A model generated the notes under the pieces. It ran no database searches, was not told the DNA's origin, and saw only the letters and a list, made by a program, of their open reading frames with translations. The translations under genes were made by a program, and so were the position numbers. From NCBI RefSeq assembly GCF_006345805.1, contig NC_043006.1, forward strand, positions 53,754,001 through 53,818,000: a stretch of DNA of 64,000 nucleotides, in the 5' to 3' direction. Positions 11,673-24,560 of the stretch are shown in pieces (positions within the stretch are counted from its first letter, which is position 1; each line of letters begins with the position of its first letter). Source of the DNA: Octopus sinensis. Taxonomy: Eukaryota.

Positions 11673-11696
11673 TATCCCTTCGAGTTATCACCTTCC

Positions 11697-13455
11697 TTAG
11701 TGTACGAAGCGGTTTCGAAGCAGTTGTCCATAGATATCCTCTTTTTCTTTAATTTTCAAGGAGATATTAATAACTGCAGGGCAACTAACCTCTATGATGG
11801 TACATATCTTTACTCTTCTATCCCAAACAGCAATATCCGGCCTGTTATGCTTACATTTGACAGAAGTTTTGATGGGAATATTCCACCAGTATTCCTTGAG
11901 TTGGTGTTTAAGAATGTATTCCACTACACAGGAGTTTTCTGAGTTTATTTCAGAACAGTCGTTTTTGCGGATGGCACGTAAGTTGTTTTAGCAACAACAT
12001 CGTGCCGCATAGGGAGGTAGTACCGAGACGACATTTTAGGACAGCTGCTAACTACATGCATAATGTCTTCCACAGAAACATTACATAGCCTACACATGCG
12101 GTTGCATCTTGGGATTATAAGAGCCGGTTTTCGACAAAGATACAAGGCTCCATCGTTGGGATGCAATTAACACAGACAAATTCACATTTGGAACTTGAGA
12201 AAAGTCTTGCATATTTTTACTGTTCTACTCACAGATTGCACTTGTAATGTACAAATCAGCAGGTCAGTTTCTCTTTCTGAAAATCCCAATTTATCCACAT
12301 TCTCCTTTAAGCATTTACTGACAAAACCTAGTGCTCCAATTATCATTGGTATGAATATGAATTCATAGTCTGATTATAGAAGCTGGAGGTTTTGAAGCAG
12401 TTGTCCATAGATATCCTCTTTTTCTTTGATTTTCAAAGAGATATTAATATCTGCAGGACAACTGACCTCTATGACGGTAAATACCTTTGGTCCTCTATCC
12501 CAAACAACAATATCCGGCCTGTTATGCTTACATTTGACAGAAGTTTTGATGGGAATATTCCACCAGTATTCCTTGAGTTGGTGTTTATGAATGTAATCTA
12601 TAACAGAGGGATTTTCTAAGTTTATTTCAGAACAGTCATTTTTGCGGATGGCATGTAAGTTGTTTTAGCAACAACATCGTGCCGCATAGGGAGGTAGTAC
12701 CGAGACATTTTAGGACAGCTGCTAATCACATGCGTAATGCCTTCCACAGAAACATTACATAGCCTACTCATTCGGTTGCACCTTGGGATTACAAGAGCGT
12801 CACTGTCCCTCTTGTTCACCTGGTACTTAGTGGCAATCTTCTGTTCCTGGATTGCAAACGCATAGGTTTCAAAGTGTGATGTGATGTAGTGGTCTTGTGT
12901 CCAAAACAGGCTGCGCTTTGTGTCAATTCTACTGTCTTCTTCAAGCATCCGGGCAACATACCCATGCTAAACATTTTTTTGTATGCTGAGTGCTTTCTAT
13001 CCAGGTCTTCTCTGAGGTAAGAGAGCCCAGCTGTTTTGGGGCTGTATAGGAGATCATCAGGAAGAGAGTGCTTATCGAGGAGCTCACTGCCAACTCGTAC
13101 AGTGTTGCTCATTTCACTTTTCAAAACAGCATTAATATATTTATTTTTGCGGCTGCTGTTCAGCAGCTGCTGCCTGAGTAATGGCATTCGAATGCCGTCT
13201 GCACTGATCTCAGGCCTCTACCACCTTCATTTCTTCTTAGGTAGAGCCTGTCAACATCACTGTTTCTGTAGAAGTTCCCAGTTGTTGTCAGGATTTTGCG
13301 GGTTTTGATATCGATAGAGTGGATTTCCTCTCCAGACCAATCAAATATCCCAAATGTTGAGATCAGCACTAGTACTTCAAATGCATTGTGGGATATTGTT
13401 TTGTTGTAAGGGAAGTTCCAACTCCATATTTTTCTAAGTCTGGTGTAATATTATC
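11697..13455 (-). mobile_element. R4/Dong-clade RLE LINE 3' part with duplicated CCHC-RLE segment
   Basis: DVDRLYLRRNEGGRGL, CRLCNVSVEDIMHVVSSC zinc knuckle, RHD, NRPDI...IIEVSCP (restriction-like endonuclease) and IIGALG. 11708-12125 duplicates 12388-12797. Confidence 0.85.
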
Positions 13456-13465
13456 GGGTCACTCT

Positions 13466-13665
13466 ATGTGTTTGTCGCCCCAACATCGCTTGACAACCGA
13501 CGCTGGTGTGTTTACGTGCCCGTAACTTAGCGGTTTGGCAAAAGAGACCGATAGAATAAGTACTAGGCTTACAAAGAATAAGTTCTGGGGTCGATTTGCT
13601 TGACTAAAGGCGGTGCTCCAGTATGGCCACAGTCAAATGACTGAAACAAGTAAAAGAGTAAAGAG
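13466..13665 (+). mobile_element. SINE family A, 3' half
   Basis: Matches the other family A copies. Confidence 0.85.
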
Positions 13666-13877
13666 AGAGAGAGTCATTTGACTGCGGCCATATATATGTG
13701 TATAGCAAATTTTGACAGAACAAGTAGTGGTGGTGTAATCAGATATGTTTTGTGATCTAGTTTAAATGAAAGTATAGATTATCCTCTTCAAGGATAATCT
13801 ATTAAAGATGGGTCTATTAGGATTAGTATTACACTACTTAATAGAATGAATTAAGCTGGAAAAACAAACGTTAAATC

Positions 13878-13903
13878 CACACACATACATGCACACACAA
13901 CAC

Positions 13904-13968
<65 letters not shown>
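13878..13968. repeat. (CA)n microsatellite
   Basis: Direct reading. Confidence 0.95.
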
Positions 13969-13969
<1 letters not shown>

Positions 13970-14222
13970 TATTTAATATACGCACACATACACATATATT
14001 AAAGACACACGCACAAATACACATTAACAGAATCCCCGACAATGCCCAGGTGATGAATGGCCCTGAGTTATTCTTAACGAAGGTATATTCGATTTAACAG
14101 AACGTTATTGGATTTCTCTTAAAATGTTAGTTTTCATGACGGAAATTAAATCGTTTTACAACACGTTTATAAAAATCTGGTGACTAATACCATTTGCTAC
14201 AGATACGTGCCTAATATTAAGT

Positions 14223-14445
14223 ATGGCGAGCTTCCAGATTCGTTAGCATGCTTAGCGGCATTTCGTTCGTCCGTACGTTCTGAGTTCAAATTCTGCTGAG
14301 GTTGACTTTGCCTTTTATCCTGGTAACGTTAAAATAAATACCAGTTGTGTACTAGGGTAGATATAATATAAGTACTAGTTGAGTACTAGAGTCAATGTAA
14401 TCAACTTATCCCCTTTCTCTGAATTTACTAGCCTTGTGCCATAAG
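14223..14445 (+). mobile_element. SINE family B, degenerate
   Basis: GGCGAGCT...GTTCTGAGTTCAAAT...GACTTTGCC, as in 15772-15900. Confidence 0.7.
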
Positions 14446-14479
14446 TGGAAATCAATATTTATTTCAAATTTTGGTACAA

Positions 14480-14660
14480 AGGCAGAAGCTTTGTGGGGAT
14501 GGTCCAAGTCGATTATATTGGCCCCAGTGCTCACTGGTACTTATTTTATCGACCCCGAAAGGACGAAAAGCAAAGTCAACCCCGGCGACATTTGAACTCA
14601 GAACGTAAAGTCGGAAGAAATACTGCTAAGCATTTATTCCGGCGCGGTGACATTCTGCCA
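14480..14660 (-). mobile_element. SINE family B
   Basis: Reverse complement of the family B head and body. Confidence 0.75.
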
Positions 14661-14697
14661 GCTTGCCGCCTTAATAATTTGAAATCAATATTTATAG

Positions 14698-15075
14698 GCA
14701 CAGGAGTGGCTGTGTGGTAAGTAGCTTGCTTACCATCCGCATGGTTACGGGTTCAGTCCCAATGTGTGGCACATTGAGCAAATGTCTTCTACTATATATT
14801 TCTTTATTGCCCAGAAGCGGCTAGACATAGAGGGGACAAACAAGGACAGACAAAGGGATTAAGTCAATTACATCGACCCCAGTCCGTAACTGGCACTTTA
14901 TTTATCGACCCCGAAAGGATGAAAGGCAAAGTCGACCTCGGCGGAATTTGAACTCACAACGTAACGACAGCCGAAATACGGCTACGCATTTCGCCCGGCG
15001 TGCTAACGTTTCTGCCAGCTCGCCGCCAAAGCCTTGTGAGTAGATTTGACAGACGGAAACTGAAAGGAGCCCGTC

Positions 15076-15128
<53 letters not shown>

Positions 15129-15330
15129 TATGTCTGTGTTTGTCCCCACCAACGTCGATGGACAACCGATGCTGGTGTGTTTACGTCCCCGTAACTTAGC
15201 GGTTCGGCAAAAGAGACCGATAGAATAAGTACTAGGCAACCGAAGGATAAGTCCTGGGGTCGATTTGCTCAACTAAATGCGGTGCTCCAGCTTGGCCGCA
15301 GTCAAATGACTGAAACAAATAAAAAAATAA
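14698..15330 (+). mobile_element. SINE family A interrupted by a family B insertion
   Basis: Head at 14698-14796; the sequence resumes AAAGCCTTGTGAG at 15028, followed by (TG)n and the tail. Confidence 0.85.
14797..15027 (-). mobile_element. SINE family B, full length, nested in SINE A
   Basis: Reverse complement starts GGCGGCGAGCTGGCAGAAACGTTAGCACGCCGGGCG and ends AAAGAAATA. Confidence 0.88.
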
Positions 15331-15771
15331 AGAATTAATAGGATATTTAAGGCAACGAGTTGACAGAATCGTTAACGCACCGGACCAAATGCTTAACGGT
15401 ATTTCTTCCGGCTTTATGTTCTAAGTTCAATTTTGACGAGGTCGATTTTTGCCTTTCATCTTTCTATGATCGTTAAAATAAGTACTAGTCGAACAGTGAA
15501 ATTGATGAAATCAACTAGCTCTCTGCTCCGAAATTTCAGAAAGAAAAACTATACTTCGTCATGTAATTGGGTACATGACATCACAAAAGGAACTAAAACC
15601 GAAGAAATTTATGCTCACCTTAACTCAGTATAATATTGTGAACCATTTGAGTGTTTTAACAGCATGGCAGAAAGAAAAAATAAAACACGAAGGCTATCTG
15701 TGCCGCAGAAGCTTCTGACAATGTTGCGTTTCAATGAGCATCTTACTCCATCAATCCCAGAATAAGATGTA

Positions 15772-15900
15772 AGGCGGCGAGCTGGCAGAAACGTTAGCAC
15801 GCCGGGCGAAATGCTTAGCGGTATTTCGTCTGCCGCTACGTTCTGAGTTCAAATTCCGCCGAGGTCGACTTTGCCTTTCATCCTTTCGAGGTCGATTAAT
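15772..15900 (+). mobile_element. SINE family B, 5' part
   Basis: GGCGGCGAGCTGGCAGAAACG...GTTCTGAGTTCAAATTCCGCC. Confidence 0.88.
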
Positions 15901-15903
15901 AGG

Positions 15904-15904
<1 letters not shown>

Positions 15905-15966
<62 letters not shown>

Positions 15967-16119
15967 ATATATATATACATACATACATACATACATACAT
16001 ACATACATACATACATACATACATACATACATACATACATACATACATACATACATACATACATACATACATACATACATACATACATACATACATACAT
16101 ACATACATACATACATACA

Positions 16120-16150
<31 letters not shown>
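15905..16150. repeat. (TA)n-(TACA)n microsatellite
   Basis: Direct reading. Confidence 0.95.
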
Positions 16151-16151
<1 letters not shown>

Positions 16152-17479
16152 CTGTGTATGTATATCCATGTATGTGCGTGTGTGTAAGTGCGTGTTTGAT
16201 GCTTTAATGAAAGAAAAATATGTTTATTAAACATCTAGGAAAACCTTTCAAAACTGTAGTCATGTGACATCTTTCTTTTTTAGATAAAGAGCTTGGTGTA
16301 CTTTAAGAGAGTAATAGTCGTTGGTAACTTGCCAAATCAGCGTTCACGATTTCATTGAAATAACTATAACAAAGAGTGGCCTCTTACAAATTATACTTAT
16401 GCCAAAGACGAGTAACAAAGGAACCCAAAAACGGCGTGGAAGCTTATCTGTTGTCGCTCAGAATGCTAGAGGTAGCAGCCAAATCTCCCTCTCATCAAAG
16501 CCAAACCGTTTTTAAAAAAAGAAGTCACATTTTATAATGTAGTTTTACATACTCCTTAGATACATTAGCTACCCCTTAGTTATCCCCTTTGTTGCCTTTT
16601 TGTTATCCCTATGTTCTGCGTACTCTCTTTTTAGAAGGGAAAATACAGAATTGCCAGAATTTCACTGTCGTAAATGCATATGATATTTCCGGCTACCGAA
16701 AAGAAGTTCGAATGTTGATTTGCAATAGGAAAAAGAAAAAAAGAAGGGGTGTAAAAAAAATACCATAATATTAAATTTTATAGGGACAAACATAAAAAAA
16801 AAACTCAAAATATAACATCATACGACGATGGGGTGTAAAAGTTGAGGTTTGTCCTTCGTCGTTCGGTCGACTTCTCGTTTACCATAAGACCGGTCGACCA
16901 GGAATGACTGATCAACAACTACCTCTCTATATACCAAGGGCTACACAACAACCACTAGGTAGAAGCCATACAGCTACCCGATCAAGACTGACCGAGGGTT
17001 ACATAACAACAACAACCGAGTGACTACCTGTGAATGAGACGATTTGGCACAGCCATTTTGGCGTTGCATACTTGGAATCATTGATTCGACGTTGACTTAT
17101 TTGACATCAGACGTTTTAATGTTTCTTATTTTAATATTTCCCTTATTTAAATGTTTCTCTTGTTCTCCGCTTCATCCCTTAATCTCTCTCTCTCTCTCTC
17201 TCTCTCTCCCTCTCTCTCTCTCTCTCACTCTCTTTCTCTCTATATGTTTTGCGCTATGCATGTATATCTGTATGTAGTATGTAAGTGTGCACGTGTATAT
17301 GTAGATGCAATATAATATACTGTATATGATAATTTCTAATTCAGGCACAAGGCGAGCAATTACGAAGGTAGATAGTTTTATATAAATGAACAAGCTGTTT
17401 GTAGATTCACAAAATTGTATTTGACAAGTTCTAGAGAGGACAAATGTATAGAGTGTTAGGACACCTAACACTATACAGT

Positions 17480-17825
17480 GTTAGTCGAGCAAATCGACCC
17501 CGGGACTTATTCTTTGTAAGCCCAGTACTTATACTATCGGTCTATTTTGCCGAACCGCTAAGTGACGGGGACGTAAACACACCAGTATCGGTTGTCAAGC
17601 AATGCTAGGGGGACAAACACAGACACACAAACATATACACACACACATATATACATATATACGACAGGCTTCTTTCAGTTTCTGTCTACCAAATCCACTC
17701 ACAAGGCATTGGTCGGCCCGGGGCTATAGCAGAAGACACTTGCCCAAGATGCCACGCAGTGGGACTGAACCCAGAACCATGTGGTTGGTTAGCAAGCTAC
17801 TTACCACACAGCCACTCCTGCACCT
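17480..17825 (-). mobile_element. SINE family A, near full length
   Basis: Reverse complement of the family A head, internal microsatellite and 3' body. Confidence 0.88.
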
Positions 17826-17983
<158 letters not shown>

Positions 17984-18039
17984 GTGTTTTGTGTCTGTTT
18001 TCCCCACCACTGCCGCCTGACAACCAGTACTGGTGTTTC

Positions 18040-18882
18040 AGTGGCCATCTCACAAACTCGATCAGCAATTGTATTTTTGCTAAGGCTTAGGCTTACATTT
18101 GCAAACATCTGCTTTTCGTCTGGACACAAGATGTCACACACTTTCATCATGTAATTCTTCAGAAACTCTCCCTCAGCAAATGGTTGGGCTGATTTGATAT
18201 CCTCTGTCACAATAAAACTTGCTTTCACAGTAGCTTCACTTTGTGCTTTTGCTTCTGTGAAAAACGTCTGCTGTGATGTTAGATTCCTCTTCAATTCTAA
18301 CCTTCTGTAGCTTCTGTTCAGCATTCAAGTTTTTCGATTTGTCTAGATGATTAGTCTCGTAGTGCCGTCTTAGATTATATTCCTTGATCACAGCCACATT
18401 GTCTCCACAAATTAGACACGCAGGTTTACCGCCAATATCAGTAAACATTTGTTGAGCTTCCCAGCGGCTTTGAAAGGCTCTGTTTTAAGAATCAACTTTT
18501 CTCCTGGCCATTTTAACGGCTAGCTTTGATTTAAAATTAAGAGTGTGCATCTACCGACAGTCGTTTGATTGATATGGCATAAGCGGAAAGATGTGATGCA
18601 ATACCCGGGCACTACCCTACTTTCATGACTTATGCGCCAATCCAAAACGCGCAACAGGATCTTGCTAGGTTTATACAACTTACATTTTAACTTATTCTTA
18701 TCGACGGGGTAATGCTCTTAGGCAGCCTTTCGGTCGACATGGCTGCTAAATTGGGGAATTTGTGGTTTACACTTCATATTGCCGGGCCATTAAAAAATAT
18801 TTGCCTAAAATTCTCTCATGAGCCTGATACAATTATGCATCGAGCCGGATGTGACCCGCTGGCCTTGAGTTTGTCACATATG
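18040..18882 (-). mobile_element. hAT (Buster/Charlie/SPIN-like) transposon 5' portion with N-terminal transposase
   Basis: KPACLICGDNVAVIKEYNLRRHYETNH and KASF...PFAEGEFLK...VSLS.NTIADRV. The left end resembles TGTCAAACTCAAGGCC.GCGGG.CACATCCGG, and the flank TTCCTAGA resembles a Buster-type target. Confidence 0.82.
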
Positions 18883-19914
18883 TTCCTAGATAGTGGTGGA
18901 CTTGACAGAGTGGACTAATAAATTTTAAGTGTAAATTCTGAGAACAACGGAAACTGACAGGAAGATCGAGGCTTACGCTATTGGTTACGAATCTAGTGTA
19001 TATCTCTTCCATATATATTAACTTCAACGACTTGGACGACAAAAATAATTGATCTCTGGTGAGTATTTGATGCAGTTTTTTTTTTTTATTTTACCTACGG
19101 GTTCTATTTTCACAGTAATACTAAATATATGTTTATTAAACATGAACATGACTCCATATATGTATTCATTCATAAAATCAGCACCTGTTGGGGTGGAAAT
19201 ATAAATGAAAACAGCTAAAACTTGAAAATGTTTGCAGCTGTCTTCTTGAACATAAAATTGCAAGACCAAATACAAACTGATGTTACATTGCTTATATAAG
19301 TTATAACAAAAGAAAGAAATTACCTATATCCGACCATGACATTTAGCGAACACATTTACTATTTTACCTTCTGGTATTTTACTTTCGTTGGTATGTGAAT
19401 AATCAAAGGATACCATTTGAGTCAATGACTGTGATAGGGCATATTTTAACATCAGTTTGCCATATTTAAGACCATGTCTACACAGCAGTTTTGCTGAATG
19501 TCATGTCGACTTCTTTTGTAAATATCTCTGTAAATATTTGTATATTATCACACATAAGTAAATAGACAAATAGATATGCATACGTACATATATTCCTACA
19601 CTCACACATACACGCACATACAATGTTGTTTGTTGTTTTTGATGTTGCAATTACTCGAAAGCAGTGTTTGTCAAGTTGTGCACAAATAATTATCATACAT
19701 CTTGGTATATCTATCAGTTTACAAGGCACGAACACTAACATTGTAACAATAATCAAATTGTGATAACTCCATGGTTGTCTTCGACTTCGTTCAAGGTATT
19801 CCAAATGTCAAATGCACTGACTGAATGGACAATGAAAAAGCTTTTTACTCTGTTAAGTTTAAGTTCGATTTTCATCATAATACCACTTCTCTCTCTCTCC
19901 TTCCTTCTCTCTCT

Positions 19915-19937
19915 CTCTATCTCTATCTATCTATCTA

Positions 19938-20020
<83 letters not shown>
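19915..20020. repeat. (CTAT)n microsatellite
   Basis: Direct reading. Confidence 0.95.
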
Positions 20021-21023
20021 TGCTATATTTCTCGCTCGCACTTTCTCCTTTATCTCTCCGAGCCGAGTGATGTGTTCTTCACACCTATTGTCCATAAGAA
20101 GGATTTCTCTCCCGAGAAAATTTCCACAGCAGGAGTTTTTCCGCGTTTGAGTGTACACGAACGTATTAAATTAAATTGTACACAATTTATATTTCTGTTT
20201 AGAGCACCTCTAATTGATAAAGGATCTTTTTAAATACCAAGAAATATTTTGTCCAGCGTTGTGCCATTTCTGCCACCTATTGCCCTTTAAAAGAAAATCA
20301 GAACAGTGTCTAATTTGCATTGATAGGAATATCAAGAATTCCCTATATATCCAGCATGTTAGGTATATGTTAAACACAGACCGCTTCATATTGACTGCTC
20401 AGTCACTCCGATTCCAGGGAGATATGAAACAATCTTTGAAACTTAAGGGGCAGACATCAGTTGGATCTCGACTATAAATTTGGAGGTGACAGAAGCAACA
20501 ACCATTTCAACTTATATGTTCTACCCGCCATATAGCTCCTATACGTTTTAGTGTTTTAACTATTGTTGTGAAAGTGTACTGAGGGCATTCCACTAGAAAT
20601 TAGACACCGCATTTGCAGATAGCAGCACTTTATTTATTCTGTTGGTTACTGTGGAGATTGAGGCGAGCATCACCAAATTGAAGGAATATGGAGTGAAGAT
20701 GAATATGTATTAACTAATGAAAAGTCTATGGGCTTGCAACCTGTCACTTAGAAAGAAATGTCAACGCCAACCAGATAGCTGCAAAAGCTTCACAAAACTG
20801 TTCAAAGAGTTTCATGTGTCTGACCAATATGCTCTGAATTTTCCAAACATGCTGAAACTATATGTAGTCAGTCAATCAGATAATACCAAAGAAATTTCGT
20901 TAAGCCAGCGATTAGAAATAGCAAGTATCCACAATTTTGATAGGGTGGCTACGCAGGTAATAAGCTTGTAATCTACATTTATATGAAATCAACTGATAAA
21001 AAACACATAAATAAAACCGAAAT

Positions 21024-21535
21024 GGAAAGACTTCCTCCCGTTCCGGAAAACTGCCAAAATTCGGAATTTTGAAATTCCCCATTACTCCCCCCGCCCCCAA
21101 TTCTTCATTTTTCACTTTTTCTACAAACCTAACTCTAAAACTCCAATCCTAACCCTAAAACCCTAACCCTAAAACCCCAACCCTAACCCTAAAATCCTAA
21201 CCCCAACCCTAACCAGTAAAATTTTTGGAATTTTTTTTCAGAATCATAATCTCCATATTATTCCGCATATTTTGACCAAAAAATTTGTGAAGAAAAAATT
21301 TTACCAAAATTTTTGGAAATTGCTTTCATAATCTCCGTATTTTTCCGCATATTTTGAAAAAAAAAATCTGGAGAAAGTTTAAAATGAAGAATTTAGGGGT
21401 GGAGTAATTTCAAAATGCCGATTTTTGCCAATTTTTTTGCAGAATCGTATTCTCCGTAGCCGAAAACGGGGATTTGTGTATAAAAAAAAATATATTAAGC
21501 AAAAAAAAGGGGGGGGGGCAAAAGGGAGTCTTGCC
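21024..21535. mobile_element. MULE-type MITE with CCCTAA-rich interior
   Basis: Imperfect TIRs GGAAAGACTTCC/GGGAGTCTTGCC; 9-bp TSD AACCGAAAT/GACCGAAAT (one mismatch). Related copy at 38312-38733. Confidence 0.7.
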
Positions 21536-22282
21536 GACCGAAATTCTTCAGGTGTCACAACGGTAAAATCATTGTGTAGTTTTAGTGAAGAGTAAAATAT
21601 AATCCAACTGAGAAGCCAAGAGAGTTTATCGCATCTTTAATAAGCAGTTACAATTGTTTCAGTACCAACTCTGTTTTCAATGCCAATTCACGCAAAAGTT
21701 CCATGTGAAAAGTTACCCTGTCTGTCTTTTCACAATTATATTTTCATTTTAACCTTTATGGTTTTCTCTTCTTGGTACAAGCAAATCACAAAGCTTGGCA
21801 GACGCACAATATAACAGCATATCTTTGATGCAAGCCTGAAGAAATGATACTCTAATAATTAAAGCCGCATATATTATGTAATTTTTAATTAATATTTTTC
21901 TTTAATGGACGCAACATGATTTCGAGCAATGTCATCACTTGACCGTTCTCTTAAACATGAACAGCATGGATGTAGCTTTTCAGTCCTGCTAGGAACCCAC
22001 ACACGTTTGCATATATACGGTAATGATGGGTGTTCTGAGAGCTTACCACCCACGCCGACTAATACATGCCTTCATTCAAACATGTGATTTTTCATTAAGT
22101 GTTTTGCTGTTTTTGGTTACAGTCAGCCGCAGTATGCAACAGAAATGTGGATTAGAGTCATTATGTATCGTATTCATGATAAAATACTGGGTTGGCAACT
22201 AAGTTCCCGCCGTTTTTTTTATTTAAATTTTTTAAAAAAGGTTTAATAAAAAATATAATAATAGCACACACACACACACATA

Positions 22283-23980
22283 TTAGGTTGGAAACTAAGT
22301 TCCCACCGTTTTTTTAAATTTGAATTTTTAAAAAGGTTTACTCTTTTACTCTTTTATTTGTTTCAGTCATTTGACTGCGGCCATGCTGGAGCACCGCCTT
22401 TAGTCGAGCAAATCGACCCCAGGACTTATTCTTTGCAAGCCTATTCTATTGGTCTCATTTGCCGAACTGCTAAGTTACGGGGACGTAAACACACCAGCAT
22501 CGATTGCCAAGCGATGTTGGGGGGGGGGGTGAACACAGACACACAAACATATATATATACATATACATATATACGGCGGGCTTCTTTGAGTTTCTGTCTA
22601 CCAAATCCACTCACAAGGCTTTGATCGGCTCGAGGCTATACTAGAAGACACTTGCCCAAGGTGCCACGCAGTGGGACTGAACCCGGAACCATGTGTGGTT
22701 GGTAAGCAAGCTACTTACCACACGGCCACTCCTGCACCTAGCTATTTACCACACTGCCACTCCTGCGCCTGGCTACTTACCACACAGCCACTCTTGCGTT
22801 TAATAAAAAATAACAACTAATTAATCAATAATGTACTCACGCTTGTTGTTTACAACTTCTTCCCAACGTTCAACAAGATTTTCAATACCTCGTTGGTAAA
22901 AATCACCCGATTTCGATTCGAAAAATTGATTCAACTAAGCTCTCTATTCTGCATCAGTATTGAACGAAACTCCGCGCATAGCATTTGAAAGAGATCGAAA
23001 GAGGTGGAAATCCGTTAGTGCCAAATCAGGAGAGTATGGCGGGTGTGGCAGCACTTCCCAGCCATGCGTTTGAATGGCTTCCTTGGTCATATTGGCGATA
23101 TGAGGGCGGGAATTGTCGTGCAGCAGAAGAACTCCATACTGCCGATTAGGTCTTTTCTCTTGAATAGCCGTGTTGAGACGTTCCATCTGTTGAACATAGA
23201 GTTCCGCGTTGACCGTTTGGTTATGTTCAAGCAATTCGTAATGGATAATCCCTTCCCAGTCCCACCATACGCACAACATCGTTTTACGCAGATGAAGATC
23301 TTGTTTCACACGCAGTGTCGCTTATTTACCGGGGCTAAGCCATTCCTTATGTGGTTTCATATTGATGTACAGGCACCATTTTTCGCCGCCAGTAACGATT
23401 CGGTAAAGAAATCGTTGCTTGTGTCCATGAGTTGAGCGGTGACGAACAAGCAAACCAGCGGAGATTGTGGCTCGTTGATTTTTGTTGTTGTCAGTTAAAG
23501 CATGAGGAACCCATGCTCCATACTTCTGAACCTTTCCCATCAAGTGAAGATGCTTTGCTATAGCAGTGTGGGAACATTCCAGTTTCTCTGCCATTTCCCT
23601 TGTCGTTTGACAAGAATTTTCATGGAAAAGTTGGTTTAATCGCTCTACATCGAACTCAACTGGACGGCTAGAATGAGGTGCATCTTCAAGGTCAAAATTT
23701 CCATTTTTGAACTTGGCATACCAATCACGAGCAGTTCTTTCAGCTATGGCACCCTCTCCATACACAGCACAAATGTCGCGAGCAGCTTTTGCAGCCTTAG
23801 AACCTTGATTAAAATCAAAATGAAGGCGGTGTCGAAAATGCTCGTTTTCCTTTACTTGACATTCCATTTTAATGATCTGAAAATAAAACAAAAATTAACT
23901 AGAAAAAAAAATAGATTCCAAAATTTAAAAACGCAATAAATTCCAAATTGTAAAAAAACGCCAGGAACTTAGTTACCAAC

Positions 23981-23984
<4 letters not shown>
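22283..23984 (-). mobile_element. Full-length mariner element, frameshifted transposase
   Basis: TIRs TTAGGTTGGAAACTAAGTTCC and GGAACTTAGTTACCAACCCAA with TA flanks. ORFs 23322-23891 and 22944-23309 contain WVPHAL, IVTGGEKW, HDNSRPH and HPPYSPDLA. Confidence 0.95.
22340..22798 (-). mobile_element. SINE family A inserted in the mariner, with triplicated head
   Basis: Complete family A sequence; three copies of a 31-bp head unit at 22710-22798. Confidence 0.88.
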
Positions 23985-24051
<67 letters not shown>

Positions 24052-24354
24052 TATATATATGAGACCCTCTTCGGTCACGACACGGACCATGGGATTGCAC
24101 CTAGAAAGTTACCCTCCCAGGCACAAGTCCGGGCAAGGTTGTTAATGGAAGACCACCAGTCGCCCATGCATACCGGCCTCCCCTTTCCACGCCACCAGCG
24201 TTATACAAATTTTTTTTAAATGGCGGAAACTTAGTTGCCAACACAATATAATAATATTGATGAAATAAGATGTTCCCAAACCAGCTTTATATAGGACTAG
24301 CAGAGATACCCGGCACTGTTCGGGATTAAAATGGCAAGGTTTTTTTTTTTGTTT

Positions 24355-24560
24355 TACTTGTTTCGCTCATGTGACTGCGGCCATGCTGGAGCACCGCCTT
24401 TAGTTGAAGAAATCGATCCCAGGATTTATTGTTTGTAAGTCTAGTACCTATTCTATCAGTGTGTTTTGCTAAACAGGCTAAGTTACGGGTATGTAAACAC
24501 AGCAACATCGGTTGTCAAGTGATGGTGGGGGTACAAACACAGACATACAGATATATATAT
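24355..24560 (-). mobile_element. SINE family A, 3' half
   Basis: Matches family A. It is preceded at about 24296 by a Helitron-type 3' end (ACTAGCAGAGATACCCGGC...GTTCGGG). Confidence 0.75.

Larger units (their letters stand above)
22187..24246. mobile_element. Outer mariner-type TIR pair enclosing the mariner element
   Basis: TA|CTGGGTTGGCAACTAAGTTCCCGCC at 22187 and GGCGGAAACTTAGTTGCCAACACAA|TA ending 24246. Confidence 0.65.

Noticed and set aside
15849-16234. Overlapping ORFs of MYVC/HTYI/IYIY repeats (also at 4189, 17602, 24946, 25335-25848 and 28618)
   Set aside because: Products of di- and tetranucleotide microsatellites in stop-free frames.
21125-21215. Telomere or telomere-fusion site
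   Set aside because: Degenerate, short and enclosed by TIRs with a 9-bp TSD.
21754-21835. Possible minus-strand exon
   Set aside because: Weak donor (GTTAAA), no recognisable homology and no consistent partner exons.
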